Positions 35,777 to 49,985 of a stretch of DNA of 64,000 nucleotides are shown one piece after another (position 1 is the stretch's first letter; each line of letters begins with the position of its first letter). This stretch comes from Schizosaccharomyces osmophilus. Taxonomy: Eukaryota. Made by a program: the position numbers and the translations under genes. The notes under the pieces were generated by a model, which was not told where the DNA came from, made no database searches, and saw only the letters and a program-made list of their open reading frames with translations. The stretch lies in NCBI RefSeq assembly GCF_027921745.1, contig NC_079238.1, forward strand, positions 5,208,001 to 5,272,000, given 5' to 3'.

Positions 35777-37764
35777 GTTGGTTACTCTTATGTTTGACAC
35801 GAATAATCATACTGGTTTGGGAACAAACAATGGCAAATAATTTAATCTTTTGGTTTTCATGGTTTACTGTATATTAATAATATTTTGGAGTTGAGTTTTT
35901 AGATTTTTCTACAGTATTTACTTTGACATGTAAGGTTACGTGATCGCTACAAGTGTGAAGGGCGTAAATAGTTTGTTACTGTTAAGATGGATTGATTGTG
36001 TTGTAGACGTAAGATGGTCCCTTTTATTTGAAAGGCTTTCAAACATTTGAAATGATGACCCTTCATTATGTACACGTTCTACACCTTTTGTATGCTGTCA
36101 CCACTACAATTCTTTTAAATGAGCACGAAAAAACAATTATGTGCATGAACTGAGACAATGCACAACAGGAAGTATGCAATATCAACCCTTGGTGTATCCT
36201 ATCCTTCGTGAAATTACTTTGAGTATTTTATTTTATGTTCAGTAATCCGGGTAGCACAATTCAGTTACTTTGAATGTTACCTTACAGGCAACAGTCTATG
36301 TTTATGCAGGATAAAGAGTTTGAATCAGATATAGCAGTATTCGAATACATGATTTCTTCGTGGATTTAACTCGAGATAAAGTGACCATGTTTGGTAAAGT
36401 CTTGCACACGCTTTTCTTTATAAGAGTGGAAAGTTGTTCGGGAGCGCACTATGAGACGCGTTTGTTTTGTGGGGGCAAATGCCCGATTCAACCAATCTTT
36501 TAGTAAAACATCTTGTTTAAGATTAGAAATAATTGAAAGAACAACTCCTTTGAGTCAACCTTGACATCGGATATCCTTAAAAGACTTGAGCCTTCCCAAT
36601 GATTCTAGCAAAAAAGTGGCTTCCAGGAGTTTCTTTCAACTAAGAGATACTTTTTGAAACAATTTCGCTTATTTCAATATCATTATTTCCAGTGGTTCAA
36701 GATGTAGCAGAAAAAATCACAAGGAGGGTTTCACCTATTATAATTTAAACATCCATCAATAAAATGAACTAAAAGCACCTGTCTGTTTCAAAAATACATT
36801 TCTTAAAAGTCTGTTACCAAGCCAAAGTAACTAAATTTTGATATAAACCTGAATTATAGAAAACCCGATTTTATAAACTTGACGATTATGAAATTCGGTT
36901 AACAGTACTTCTTTTGAATGAATGAAAGGCTTCAGCTCAAATGAGAATAAAATTCTTTCACGCGTTTCGTCCTTCTGTTAAAAAACCCCTTTCTTCTATT
37001 CCAGACAGTCTGCTAGATACACTTCATCCAGATGCCATCAAATGTTATTGTAAAGCACGGCAGAAAAGTAGCTCATAGGTTCATTGTAGTTATTCTATTC
37101 AAAACAATTTAAAAGCAAAGCCAAGGCAAGTAAAAAAGTCATTCAAACAAATGAATACCCACTCGAATATCCACCCTTAGGCAAGCAGATTGAAAAAAAA
37201 GAACCCAAAAGCCACCACTATCAGTAAGCATGTCTTCAAGCGTGTAAAAAATTTCCTCCTTAAACGTCTCTTGCACCTTACATTCCTTTCAAGGTTCCAA
37301 TTAAGAGTTCAAGTCGGGATACGCTTTCGAAAATTTCGAAAGCATACATGCTGTCAGCGAGACGCGTATTCCTTACCCTAAGGTTCTAAGAATCCAAGAG
37401 AGAGCTTGTTTGATTAATCAAGCAAACGAAACACAGCTACTGGGTTTCTTATGTTTTAAGAGCATACGTACGTTTCATTGAAGCTTCATGAATCCCAGCA
37501 TGCTATGATTGTGTTTCCTTACATTGTAATAATCTCTTTAATTTTTTATTTCTTTCCGTATATAGTGACAGTTCCATATCTTCAGTACGTGAATGCGTAA
37601 AACTGTACTACTGTCACAAACATCCACGTCTATACAAGTGGTGAACTTACATATATCTTAGAAACGCCTTTTGAGTGGAATTTAGATTAAATGGAATAAA
37701 CTAATTGTTTTTTATTTTCTTTTTGGTTTAAAAAGTACAAATAAAGCAATGTTATAGCATAAAG

Positions 37765-38817
37765 ATGCTAAATCTTCCAACTGAAATATGGCTTCGCATT
37801 TTCGAAAATCTTGTATGCTGGAATCCATATGAAGCAAAGAATAATGGTGCTTTATTGAGAATTTGTCGGAATGCCTTCTCTGGCGGTTTACCTGTTATTT
37901 ATTTTTTTCCCAAATTAAACGCAAAGAACTACGCAAAGTTTTTCAACACGATTAGCGAAACTGATTTTGGAAAACTGGTACATCATATAAATTTAACAAA
38001 TATCTCTTATACATCAAAAGCTTCAATAACCTCTCGACTTTTGCGAAGGTGTGCAGAGAACCTAGAGAGCTTTTCAGGCCCACAAACAGGTCTTGGATTT
38101 ACGGCGCTTCGAGCTTTATCCAACTGTACTCGTCTAAAGAAGATTGATCTTTCTGTCTTATCTGAGCGCATTGACCTACAGTACCTTTTTGCAGGCATCC
38201 GAAACCTCCAATACTTAGAATACATCGATTTCCCTGCTCTCTCAAAGTTTTCTCCTGGACATAACGAGTGTTGGCCGCCTTCGCTTGTTCACATCGGCTT
38301 CGCTGGTGCTATTACAGATGGTTTTGTTGCTCAATCTTCTTTTCCACCTTCACTGAAAAGCGTGTGCATAACGAATTGCCCTCAGTTGACAGATACGGGT
38401 CTTTTTACCTTGCTGTCCAAGGTGGGTGAAATTGTTACATCTGTGACCATTCAGTATCCTATGGCTGAACTTTCTCGCAACGCCCTTGATTGCGTCTTTC
38501 AGTTATGCCCTTATGCCAGCGTTGTTAGCGTTCCTGCGAATTACATTACTTCGAACTTGTTTGAGAGCTTATCTGAATCTGAGACTAGCCATAAGGTCGA
38601 ACACTTAGAAATTAGCTATTCTGGAGGCTTATTAACCACCATCAGTTTAGTAAAAGCTGATGACATTGTTTCTGCATTGGCTGACGGCAAGTTGCCTCAA
38701 CTCCGCAGATTGCAATATTCTATTCGTCTTGGTTGGAAGGAAGAGTCTGAGGATGTGCAGGATTTAGTTGATTTAATTGATGATCAGGGCGGTGAGGTTT
38801 TCGTAAGTGTAAAGTAA
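37765..38817 (+). CDS. pof5: F-box/LRR protein
   Basis: N-terminal F-box LPTEIWLRIF followed by LRR-like repeats. Position between nog2 and cch1 fits recalled synteny. Confidence 0.78.
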   Translation: MLNLPTEIWLRIFENLVCWNPYEAKNNGALLRICRNAFSGGLPVIYFFPKLNAKNYAKFFNTISETDFGKLVHHINLTNISYTSKASITSRLLRRCAENLESFSGPQTGLGFTALRALSNCTRLKKIDLSVLSERIDLQYLFAGIRNLQYLEYIDFPALSKFSPGHNECWPPSLVHIGFAGAITDGFVAQSSFPPSLKSVCITNCPQLTDTGLFTLLSKVGEIVTSVTIQYPMAELSRNALDCVFQLCPYASVVSVPANYITSNLFESLSESETSHKVEHLEISYSGGLLTTISLVKADDIVSALADGKLPQLRRLQYSIRLGWKEESEDVQDLVDLIDDQGGEVFVSVK

Positions 38818-39156
38818 TTACTTTTGATAGAATATAACTATTTTTTTGTCCCTTCGGTGAGAAATAGAATAACGATTAATGATTATTAAGTTTTGTACTA
38901 TGGGTTGTAATTAAATATGTCTTTCAGTTATACTGATCTTTTATTATGGTTATGATTTTTCATCTACATAGACCAAAATCACATAAACAACTATATACAA
39001 GTAAGCAAGATTAAGGTGAAAAATACTTCCCCTAATTAAATATTTTTATATATATCCCAATTCCGTTAATAGTTCAATTTATATAACCCATAAATCACAC
39101 AATCATAAACAGAAACCGGATATGCTACCGGGTACGTTAATAAATGTCGTAAATAT

Positions 39157-42100
39157 TCAAAGCTCCAAATAATCATCAATTTGGTCAACGATTTGGTTCA
39201 AGTCTTCCGTGCTTCCAGCTCCTGCCGTGGTAACACCAAATCCTGCTTCCATTTCATGGGTAGAATGCTGATCGGAAACAGAACGCAACGAATGTGAACC
39301 ACGAATAATAGCGTCTTTAAATGAAGGAGTTTGTGGAGTTCGTGGTATTTCGTTATCATTGAATGTCGACGCCATATTTTGACTAGGGGTAGGTGAGCCA
39401 ATTTCCACTGAAAGCAAAGATCCCGTTGTCTGCGAAGGTACCAAAGAATTGGTATACGAGGGAGACCTGACACCCAACGAAGGACTTATCTGTAATTGAT
39501 TAGGATTGAAGTTGTTTTGAGAAGAAGTTTCTGAAACAAGGGGTGCTGAAAGATTTGAGACTTCCTCTAAAGTAATAAAAGGATTCTCCATTGCTTTTTT
39601 TCTTTCTTTTAGGTGATTGAGGAAAGTGCGTCTTACGTTCGATGTTTCGATTAGGTCCATTAATTTTTCGAATCTGTAAGTTTCTTCTAATCGTGAAAGT
39701 ACGTATGTTCTGCGAATAAAATCTGATATAGGTAGAACTAGCTTATGATCAATGACTTTATGCAGGACAATGACCATCAGCATATCTGAAAACGAAACAA
39801 CGTTGCCAGGAAGCATCATAAGTTCCGAGTATAATAAATTAAGAGACTTTCGACGCTTTCGAATTTCATCAACATTTAGATCTAATAAAGCATCGTCTAA
39901 ATCGTTAAGGTTAATCTTGGCATCGTATTCAAACTCGTTGTCAAAAGATAGATTCGAAGTGTTGTTTCCTAGAGCATCATTCCCTAGCTTCGTCCTAGTT
40001 ACCAAGTTTGTTACCGAAAAATCATCCCTATAGACCCTGCAATCGTAAACTCCTCTTAACGATACCAAAAATCTAGCTACGTTTCTTTTTGGAATAAAAC
40101 CTGTTACCATTGGGTCAAAAGGCGCCCAAAACTGTTTAAATTGGCGGAAATCTGAGCGCCTAAGAGTTTTAAAAGTATTGGAACTCACATAAGTGAAATT
40201 TTCGAAAACAACGGTAATGAACTAAATATTAGTAATGGCAAAAACACGAAATTGAACTTACCATGTTGACAAAGATGTACATTGACACTATGTTCCACGA
40301 GATAAATAAGGCGTAAGCCCAAGGTCTATTACCACAATCAGAGCTATAGAAATCTGTATCGTTGACACAATTCGGGAAACTAACAGCGTAGTCATGCATG
40401 ACACTATTCCACCCTTCACCACAGGACATCATAAAGAGAATAACCAAAGCATTTCTAATTGACCTAAAATTGCGGTTGGTACCTCCATGCTCGCCCATTT
40501 TTGTGAGACCAAAAATTTGGTTAAAAGCGATAGCAAAAGTAATAAAAAGAACAAGCCACGTAGCAATTAAGCTCATAACCGAGGGCAAACTGACAATAAC
40601 AGTTTTGAACAATTGATCGAAACAATCAAATCTAGGAATTAGGTGAATGGTAATTAAGCTAAGGAAGATGGTCTGTATTAACGTTAGTGATTTGCTTGAA
40701 AATCCAACTAACGCTAAAATGTTACAGGTGAGACTTCCAAATGTAACAATCACATCAAAAATATTCCAAAAGCTGTGAAAGTAATAATATACGGAAAGTC
40801 CGTAAATCCTAACTCCAATATTAATAACATATAATACAGATAGCAATAGGAATATAGAATTCCTAACATAAGTATAAGCAATTGGGCATGGAGTAAAAAT
40901 AGTCATTAACGTTATTACATGAAATATGTAAATTCCAGTAAATACGTTTCTCCATTTACCATGTTTATCCACTGAAAAGTCATAGCAGCGCCCTCGGAAA
41001 CCCGGCGGACGTACAGCTGATCTAGTTGACGGTCTCATAGATTTAATCAGCCTCTTCAATTCCAACCAAGCCTTTTGTTCTGATGTATAAAATGCAGATC
41101 CAGAGCGCTCTGTATAGTTTCGGATAATAATAGCGACAAACAAAGTTAAAATATAAATAGTAGATATCAAATTAAAAAGTACAAAAAACATGGCATAGCC
41201 TGAGGAAGCATTGTCCTGCGGTTGCATATTCATTCCGGTGATATTCATTACATCTCGCATAACGTCAATCCAACCCTCTAAGGATACGATTTCAAAAAGA
41301 ATTAATAAAGCATGGGGGAAACTATCAAAATTGTAAGCACTTGGATTGCTCCAAACTCTAGGGGCCCATATTTCCCAATTATTTGGAGATGCAGCATATT
41401 CATGTATACACTCACCCCTAACATTCACGTTGCTATCATTACAAGAATATAATTGCCCGCCAAATATATTTTTTGCCCAAAGAGCAAAGGGAATTAATAA
41501 ACTTAGTGAAACAACCATAGCAGATGCTATTTTGAAAAAGCCGCTGATAAGTACATCATGAAACATATGTTGCGGCGCTCTAGTAAGATTCACCAGCCTT
41601 AATACACGAAGTGCTTTAAAAGCTCGAAAAGCTCTTGATAAAGAGCCGCGATTCGTTAAAATTGCGAATATATTAATCCAAAACGTAACCAATACGAAAA
41701 GATCAATGCAATTCCAGGTGTTTCTAACGTATGCGTTTGGCGTGAAGCAAAAGCCATCAGCAATGATTTTAATGGCCGCTTCTAATGTGAATATAAGAGA
41801 GAACCCCACTTCGGTCCAAATAAACCATGCAGTCTTTCCCTCCTGACTCAAATACATATGGTTTCGTTCATAAATAGGGGTTGTAACGCATGCTAATGCC
41901 ACGGCACAAACAATACATGCGTAAATAAATACTTGAAAAATTCGATAGATCCATTGGTTTGGCTCCACGCCTTTATATCGTTCATTGCAACCAGGTTCAA
42001 CTAGTTTTTGACATAGTTTTCGAAGGCCATTCGATGGTTTTATAAACCAAAACACATAATTAAATTTAGGATGTTCTTTCAGATACTCTGCTTGTTTGAT

Positions 42101-44734
42101 TCTGACGAATGCCTTTGCTGCTTTCATGTCCTTTTCGGCTGTTTTGAGATTCATGTCTTTGTTCCATCTTAAACCGATAATCTTCTTAAAATATGCTTGC
42201 GAAAATGGATCCTCCCGCAACAAAAAACTTTTAAGTATACTAAAAATCCTAGAAGGAGAATATTTCGGTGCGTTTGGAGAGGTATCGAAACGTGCTTCTA
42301 AACGTTCATCTGAAGGTATCGTGCTGTCGTTTAAAAACCCTTTTATAACCGAATCTTCCAAAATCCATTTTCGGTATATGTCTTCCTTATCTTTTCGAAT
42401 TTGCGAGTCGTTTCTTTTCAAGAGTGCATTTAACGTTAGTGATGCTTGGAATGGGTTATAGTTCCTAAGTAGTCTGGCCAAATACATCCTAAGTTGCTGC
42501 AACTTCAAATCGGTATTGCTTCTCGAAAGATTGAACTGGATTACGGATATAAACATACTAAGCACTATATTGTTTGAGAAAACAAACCAAAGCGTAAAAA
42601 AAGCAGCAGGTAACCACGCCAGTTTATAAGGTCCTAGCCTTTCCTGGACATTGTAAACGATATCCGTCCAATTTTCGGAAGAGAAAATTTGATACATATT
42701 TAAAAAAGCGGCATAAGTATTTGAAAAATCAACGTCGTTACTTGGATCGTCAGAAGGCGGTAGGTTTTGAAAAAGCCTTACTGACAACATGGAGGCAATG
42801 AAAAGCAAAATAAACAAAAATAACATCAAATTCAGAAGCCGAATGAAATTAGAGAATAGCAATTTTGCGATCTTACGCGTATAAGGTACTAATAGCACCA
42901 CCCGATAAACTCGTGCAATGGAAAATATTGATAACCATCCGCTGAGGAGTGGATTGTTACAAATAGGGGGAGCTAATGAAATGAGATTCATTATGGCAAG
43001 AACAGTATCCATCCAATTCGTATATTTGATGAAAAATCCTCGCCAATTGGGTAGGTATGCAATAAACCGCAACAGCATTTCAAATGCCAGAAGAGAATTG
43101 AAAACACAATAAAAAATATAGTACTTCCAATTCGTATTGTTATCCACGTTGTAAGAATGAGTAGCCAAAACGATGAAATAAACTACTATGAGCGTAATCC
43201 AAATATAATCTGAATAGCCTAGATAATGTCTAGAAAACCTGTGTTTTATATATACGAACTTACGTGGTTTCTCAGTTTTCTTATCTTTGTTGTCGTCCCT
43301 TGTTTGCAACAAAAGGAACGAATTGTCGACGACGGCGATGACAAAAGACATTAACCAGAAAGTTAGTAGAAAAGTGCCAAATATGAAGAAAACACAAGAT
43401 ACGAAGTACTCTGCATCCATCATATCGTACATCAAGTCCGTAAATGTATTCGAACTCATAATAACAAAAATAAGTTCTAAAGAATTAAAGAAATTATCAA
43501 ATTTTACTGTATTTTCGTAGGGATTTTCGTAATCTTGACAGACACTATTTTGCGGACAAATGTAACCACGAGGTTTAACATTGGAAGACTGTCCGGACGA
43601 CATCACGTAGGGTTGTATGGTTCCATTAAGCCAATATCCACCGCAAAACTGTCCCGTAGGGATGGATTGAGACTGATCGTCAGCAATCCAGATACACTGT
43701 CTCAAAAAAGATCGTTTGAAAAACTGTACCCCTAAAATGGCCATTAACACGCCAAAGAACCCTACGAATGATACGACGTGAACTAAAAGCGATGAAGAAT
43801 CTTTTAAACTCCTCAGTATACTTTCCGTTCTTCGAGTCACATTTAATAGTCGTGTTAGACGAAAGCTCGAAAGCATAGCAAATAAACCATAAATTCCGTA
43901 ATCATTGGAGAATAACATGACCCAAATACTGATAATAGAAACGAAATCTATTCTATTCCACGAGTGACGCATATAAGACATATCCCGAGGTCTGCCTTTC
44001 TTATATGAATCAACCAGTGAGTGAAAAGAATATGAACCATCATATACTAAACCAAAGAGATAAACTTTGAGAAACATTTCAAGCGTATAAAAGCCCGCTA
44101 TAATGAAAAGTATGACATTGACACTAGTTTGCTTATGATGCGGGTCATCTGATTGAATCATAAGGATCACACCTTGTGTTAAGATCAAGCAGAATATCAA
44201 TATGTTGTAGGGAATTGACATGTAAACCTTCTTGCAGATGTCCCTATACCTCCGATCACGAAAGCAACTGTCATCTTTTGGTTCTGGGCAGGCTACTACT
44301 CTCAAAATTGAGCTGTATATTTCTGAGAGGATCTTTGTAAATATTGGAGATGCTCTATGGAAGTAATCGGGCTTTTTTAAGGTGCGCTTAACAGAATATT
44401 TGTCACGGTTTTTTATGCCCTTTTTTAGTAATGTTTCATCAGGGTGATCAGAAGTCCTAGATTTCGACAAATAAGGAGAGTTCATCTCCAAAAGACCAGG
44501 GTCGGTATTTTCCTTTTGTACCGGGATCCCAAGGTCGAAAAATTCTGAGTCATTTTCATTCAATACTTCATCAAAGTCATTGTCAGTGAAGGGTCTTATT
44601 TGCTCTACATGCTGCTCCTTATAGTAATCAGAGGAGCTATCTGCACGTTTTGATGGGGATGTATCTTTTGGGTAGTCCTTCAGCGGAATAGAATATCCAT
44701 TTTCAGAAGTTGAGTCTTCACCGCTAGACCGCAT
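39157..44734 (-). CDS. cch1: Four-domain Ca2+ channel Cch1, 2 exons, 1845 aa
   Basis: Pore loops SSNTF, SSENW, SLEGW and CGEGW (NEEE filter) and S4 arginine repeats. A 40-nt intron at 40222-40261 joins the ORFs (...FVNM|FITVVFENF). Confidence 0.95.
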
Positions 44735-46011
44735 AATACGATTTATTTGATAAAATCAAAAAAGAAACCAATTCCAAGGAAAACGTTATTAGTAGGAAAG
44801 GTCGTAAAAAATCAACGGTGATAAAATATCAGCAAGTAGTTTTCAATGCAAAAAGAAAAAAGGAAAAGGGATATGATCGTTAAAAAATATGCAAAACAAC
44901 GGAAAGAATGAGCAGAAATCAACGAAATTTCATAAACAACTGGGAAGAGAAACGAATAATAAGCGAAAATTATACTACAAATTAACTCATGAGATGTTGA
45001 GTAAAGAAAATTAAACTTATTTCGTGCATCAAGTTAATGAAAACACTTGAGCAATAATTGTTATTGCTCTGAGTTTTCGAAAGAAAGCGATGAAGGGAAT
45101 TTTGAAACAAATAATACTTTAGTATGTTCAAATTTAAAAATTATAAATACTTCTTGCTTTTTCCGGACGAATTTGACTATAACTGTGGTGATTCTGTGGG
45201 TTGCTGTGGTGAAGTATGTGCTGTTACGCAAAGTAGAAATGATAGACAGAAAAGTATCGCTGCCATAAATGTGGTAAATTAAATTTCACAATATTAATAG
45301 CAATAATAAAACTGTACACAGCAAATTGCTACCCTGTACAACTTTAAATGATTATACAATTGTGGAAAGTTATACTATAATTTACATCAAAATCAGAGTA
45401 TGCTTCAGTGAAATAAATATATGAGTATTCATCCCATCATGCCTAGTAAAGTTTGCCTATACTATAGCTCCTATACGATGCATGTTACAAAGTGTTTGAA
45501 AATACTCAGGTCGAGAGTAGAAACAATTCGTAGCAATTGGCATCAAAGTTTAAGGAATACTCAACAACTGTAACCAAATCAAGAGCTAATTGAAAGAAAG
45601 ACGTATTGTTTCCGGTAATTTCAGCCAACCCAAGTGGGACTGATTTCGTATAGAGAGTATTAAAAAGTATTATAAGAAATGAAAAAAATAAACATGAGGG
45701 AACTAACATAACAGGAATTAAAAAAAATGCAAAAAGAATTAGTGCGCATCTAACAGAGAGAACTAACTAAGGCATTGGCTTATAAGACGCGATGATGCAC
45801 ACGAGAAGGCAAAGAAAAAAATTATTCATGATATTTAAGATATGCAACAACGAAACTGGAAGAAGTTGTGGATAACAAACATTAAGAACAAATATGTTGC
45901 TAAAAAGAGTGGTAACAAAAGAAAAGATGATTTCTGTTTGAGGAAAGGAAAATTTGTACCTCAAATTTCCTCACACATACAGAAATCAAATTAAGAAGCG
46001 TTGAAATTGTA

Positions 46012-46731
46012 TTACATGGCCTGAACAACCATACCTGGAGACCAGCCCTGTTGACGAAGAGTTTTTTTCCAATGTAAGATGCGACCTAGAAAAAATAATC
46101 TCTGAACCGAATCTAAACCAGCCTCAAGAAATGCGGATTTCGCTTGGAGCAAAGGAGCATTTCCATTGATTTGAATTTTGTAATCCTTTTCGTCCACGCA
46201 ATAGCGAATTATGACGGAGTCTAGAGGCTCTGGTTTTTCAGCATTATCCACAGGACTTACAGAGGTGACTTGCGTGGCAGTACATGTTTTCTCGGAATAT
46301 TTTCCATTCTCAAGACTATTATGGGAGGTTTCTTGTTCGTCATCGGATTCTTCCTTCTCCGCAAATGCCCTAGGAATTCTAGCAACGATTTTTGGTATTT
46401 CATAGAAAGTTCCTTTTGAATCATAAGCTCCCTTTCCAATATCGTTGTCAGGTATTGTCAAATCGGCCGCAGAAGCCAATTCAGTTGCTGACTCTGCATT
46501 CCCTTCGTACAGCAAGTTAATTATGTTACGCAGTGCTTCCCAAATTTCTCTGGATCCTCCATAGGCCCAGCAGGTTTCCCAAAATTCATTTCTCGAGGTT
46601 TCCACTTCCTCTCTGGTTAACAATGGATTTGGAGCATATAACTTGGGTAACTTTAGGATCGATTTTGATGAAGACTCATTCGTTTGGTTAACATCTTGAC
46701 GGGATTGTTGTCCGGATAGACATTGACCCAT
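46012..46731 (-). CDS. UBTD1/2-like ubiquitin-domain protein
   Basis: MGQC acylation-type start, RNEFWET...GGSREIWEAL, YDSKGTFYEIP and a C-terminal ubiquitin-like QRLFFLGR segment. Confidence 0.85.
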   Translation of the reverse strand: MGQCLSGQQSRQDVNQTNESSSKSILKLPKLYAPNPLLTREEVETSRNEFWETCWAYGGSREIWEALRNIINLLYEGNAESATELASAADLTIPDNDIGKGAYDSKGTFYEIPKIVARIPRAFAEKEESDDEQETSHNSLENGKYSEKTCTATQVTSVSPVDNAEKPEPLDSVIIRYCVDEKDYKIQINGNAPLLQAKSAFLEAGLDSVQRLFFLGRILHWKKTLRQQGWSPGMVVQAM

Positions 46732-47315
46732 CCTGACTGTATCTCATAAATTTTTCAAATTAAACTTTTGTTTGGCTGTTGACAGGTTGAGCGTGGCATA
46801 AGACAAGTTGACGTGTCCGCCATTTTTCATGTTTAAAAGCAATTTTCTATTTTCCTTTTTAAAATTTTATTTTCACTATATGTTTTGTTTTCTAATCTTT
46901 CTTTTCAGACTTGCTGATACATTGTTAGACTCAGCTCTCATCATAACATAACATAACAGGGTAGTGAAAGAAACGATGATAGAGTATAATAAAAAGAACT
47001 TCATTTCTTCATTTAGTATTAATTAAAAGCATTATGTTGAAAATTTGTACAGAAGGACAGGTTGGTTCCACTGTCTGAACTCTTCAAAACATTAGAGCTC
47101 ACATTAAAATGTTTGTTATGAATCACGGACGAAAACTTACTATTCAATAAAGCAAGTTATTTTCTATTTGTCTGAAACCGGCCATTCTTGCTTGTCTTGT
47201 GCAGAACTTCTGATAACTGCAAAAGTATCATCATTTAATAGTAATAAAGACTTTTCCCCTAATTCATTCCTTCGTTTTCCCACTTTGGATAATCATTGGC
47301 ATCCGCAGTGTGCGC

Positions 47316-48232
47316 TTATAATTGGAATGGAATTACATGCTTAAGGTACTTGGCAAATCGAGGTTCCACTATAATGGTCAATAACAATTTCACGTAATTT
47401 TGTAAAGCATACCAAAAAGACCGTTGGCAACTGCAACGCAAGTCGAGTCTTCTGATCCTTCCTTCTCTGGTAGCATATAAGCAGTACCGTGTACTTGGGC
47501 TTTGCGTCCTTTTGTCCATTCAAGCTGTGAACGTAAAACATAAAATCGATCTACGTATGCCTTTGATGGACTAGAAATTGACAAATTCGCTGTTACGCCA
47601 ATTTTGTTGGGAAGACCCAAGAAGCTCTATTGCACTCGGTTAATAAAATGTACATTTTTATGAATCTCTTGCGTCCTCATACACTTAAAGCTAAGATTTC
47701 ATCCATAAATCTAAAATAATTAGCATGAAAGTCATAATTGATTCCTTTCTCCGTACGTTGCAAGCAAACCGGGGTGAATAGATCCATCTTGGAGACCAAC
47801 ATCTTTTCCAATGTGTGCTACAGCTAAGACATGAGCATTTTCTTTATTATAGAAGATTAGAGGAGGTACAGTAACTCTTCCGTAACCACCCAATAGGTTA
47901 TTTGTAAAACCATGCTGGCTACGTTTGAACGGAATTCTGAGTTCACGATATGCTGGATCACGGCGCAACTCTTGAACAAGATTTAGGTCCTGAATTGAAC
48001 TTTCAACATGAGTTATTTCTTTCACTTGTTCATCAGTATATATTACTGGATAGATGTGGTATTTTTGAACAGCACCTGCCAGTGAGTATCCAGCAATGCC
48101 AAATCCCGTAGTCATAGCACCAAACGTAACTGCACGTCTAACTTTTGGTTTAGAAACTTGTTTTTTTACACCCATCCAGGTAAAGGCGGTAGACTTTTTA
48201 GCTGATCCCAGCAAAATTGAAAGCAATCGCAT
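47316..48232 (-). CDS. Mitochondrial hotdog-fold acyl-CoA thioesterase (Fmp10/THEM4-like), 4 exons
   Basis: Basic N-terminal presequence. Spliced frame reads HPGLLAT|FMDEILALS|SFLGLPNKIGVTANL...KGRK...GLF|VEPRFAKYL. Confidence 0.8.
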
Positions 48233-48356
48233 ATTTTATCGGTTTGGTAATGGAAACTCTTCAGAGTCAATTGGGTTTGGACTATCTTAACGACATGTTG
48301 AACAATGCAAGCAGTCAAATTGCCATGGAATAAGATTAAATTAGATAAAAATTAGA

Positions 48357-49985
48357 CTAATAATTAAAAGACTTTGTTGGAATAGAAAATAGTACATAAG
48401 GTAAATACTCTTCGTGCAAATTAAGCCCAGCCATACTTTCATCCAAGTTTGCATTCATATCGTCAGAGGTTTTAGAATTCCTACTCGTGTTTTGTTCTAA
48501 ATAGGAGTATCTCTGATTTAGGATTACCTTTATTTTCTTTTCCGCTTTCTCGATAGGCTATTAATGTTAGCTCGATAATAACTTTTAAAACGCAGGGATG
48601 ATAACTCAAGCCAGCTGCTGCTTTTTTCTTACTTGAAAAACTACAGAAGAAAAATCTGGAGGCAGACCGTAGCGTAATACGCTTTCCGCGTAAACCGAGA
48701 GGCATTTTAAATGAACCCAATGTTGGAAAATTTCTGAAAATGCGATTTTTGCGTACCGTAGTAAAGAGGAACGGACATGCTTTTCTTTTTCAGCAGCATC
48801 GTCAAATTCGTTTTGCTCGCTTTCACGGAGTCCGGATTCAAAGGCAAAATCACGAACCACGTATCTTGTGCATATGTTAGCATAAAATAGAAAAGAAATG
48901 AGCCACGCAGTGTAGCATACCTTTGTTCTCGAAGCTTTGAGATAAATTCTTCAGCAGACTTTTTGAAAACAATAATCGTATACAAAGCATACTCGCCGTC
49001 TTGAGAAAGTTTTTGAGCAGATCGTGGAATTACCAAGTTTGCTAGAGTTTCATACGAACTTAGGAATTTCTTTTCGGCGTTCCTAAAGATATGTCAGTAA
49101 AAAAAGGTTCTCAGTAACATTACGGATTTCTAACTATTACATACAATGGCACAGCAACAAAAACATTTTTCATGTAGTCAGAGTCAACGAGAACATCTTC
49201 TTTACGGACTATACTGGCCAAAGATTTTTGTGACAAATTTCCACTACAACCCTGTTAGCATAAAAAACCAAAGACGGAAAGGTTACCTTTTCTTCTTTTG
49301 AACAGATTGATAAGCATTACTAGCCTGTTGAAAGTTGCTCTGTCTAGTGCGAACGTCATTTTCAAGAGTAAGCACTTCCTGTTGAAAGATTGGTTAACAA
49401 AAGGCATTCATATGGAAAGTGAAACACACACACACACACATACACTAGTAAGACTTTGTAGGATATCTGTAATACTGTTGCTTATACGAAAGCGAGAAGC
49501 ATTCCATTGAAAGGAAGTGATATACTCTAACGGGGTTTCTAAAGGGAAATGTTAGCAAGAAAAAAGGAATCAAGAAAGAACCGGCACATACTTCCATCAA
49601 CCAAAAAGTAGTCTTTCAATTCTTCTGAAGCAGGAGATACCAAGGATTTAATGACTTCAGTAATTTTAGAAAGCGCAGCAGAGAATTGAGTGTCTTGCTT
49701 GGCGAGTTGTTCATTCTGATTAATCAAAACATCTAAGCTTTCTACCTGTAACACATAGGTTAGTTCTGGAATGTCTCTACGTCGTTGGAAATGGAGATGG
49801 AAGACTCACTGCTTTGAGACGATAGTCGCACTACTTACTTTGAACAGAGGCACATTGAAGGGGCCAATCGTCTGCGCGAGTTTGGTTGATCCTGCAACTA
49901 AAGAGTAATCAAGATCATCCTGTAAATCGCTATTTGCTCCCCCATTAGAAGGAATCGACAGTATCCAGAAATCAGCCTGAGACAT
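48357..49985 (-). CDS. vma5: V-ATPase V1 subunit C, about 8 exons
   Basis: MSQADFWILSIP start, VIPRSAQKL, WVHLKCLSVYAESVLRYGLPPDF and a C-terminal EYLPYVLF. About 7 GT-AG introns. Confidence 0.92.
49425..49440. repeat. (CA)8 microsatellite in a vma5 intron
   Basis: Seen directly; on the minus strand it continues from the GTATGT donor as (GT)n. Confidence 0.85.

Noticed and set aside
36052..36153. ATGATGA...CTGA spaced about 100 nt apart, resembling a C/D snoRNA
   Set aside because: No good terminal stem or C' box, and the only rRNA-like complement does not point to a methylation site I recognise. Likely chance.
45250..45490. Several short palindromes and a TTACA end reminiscent of a Tf-type solo LTR or MITE
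   Set aside because: No matching TG...CA boundaries with a target-site duplication; explainable by AT richness.
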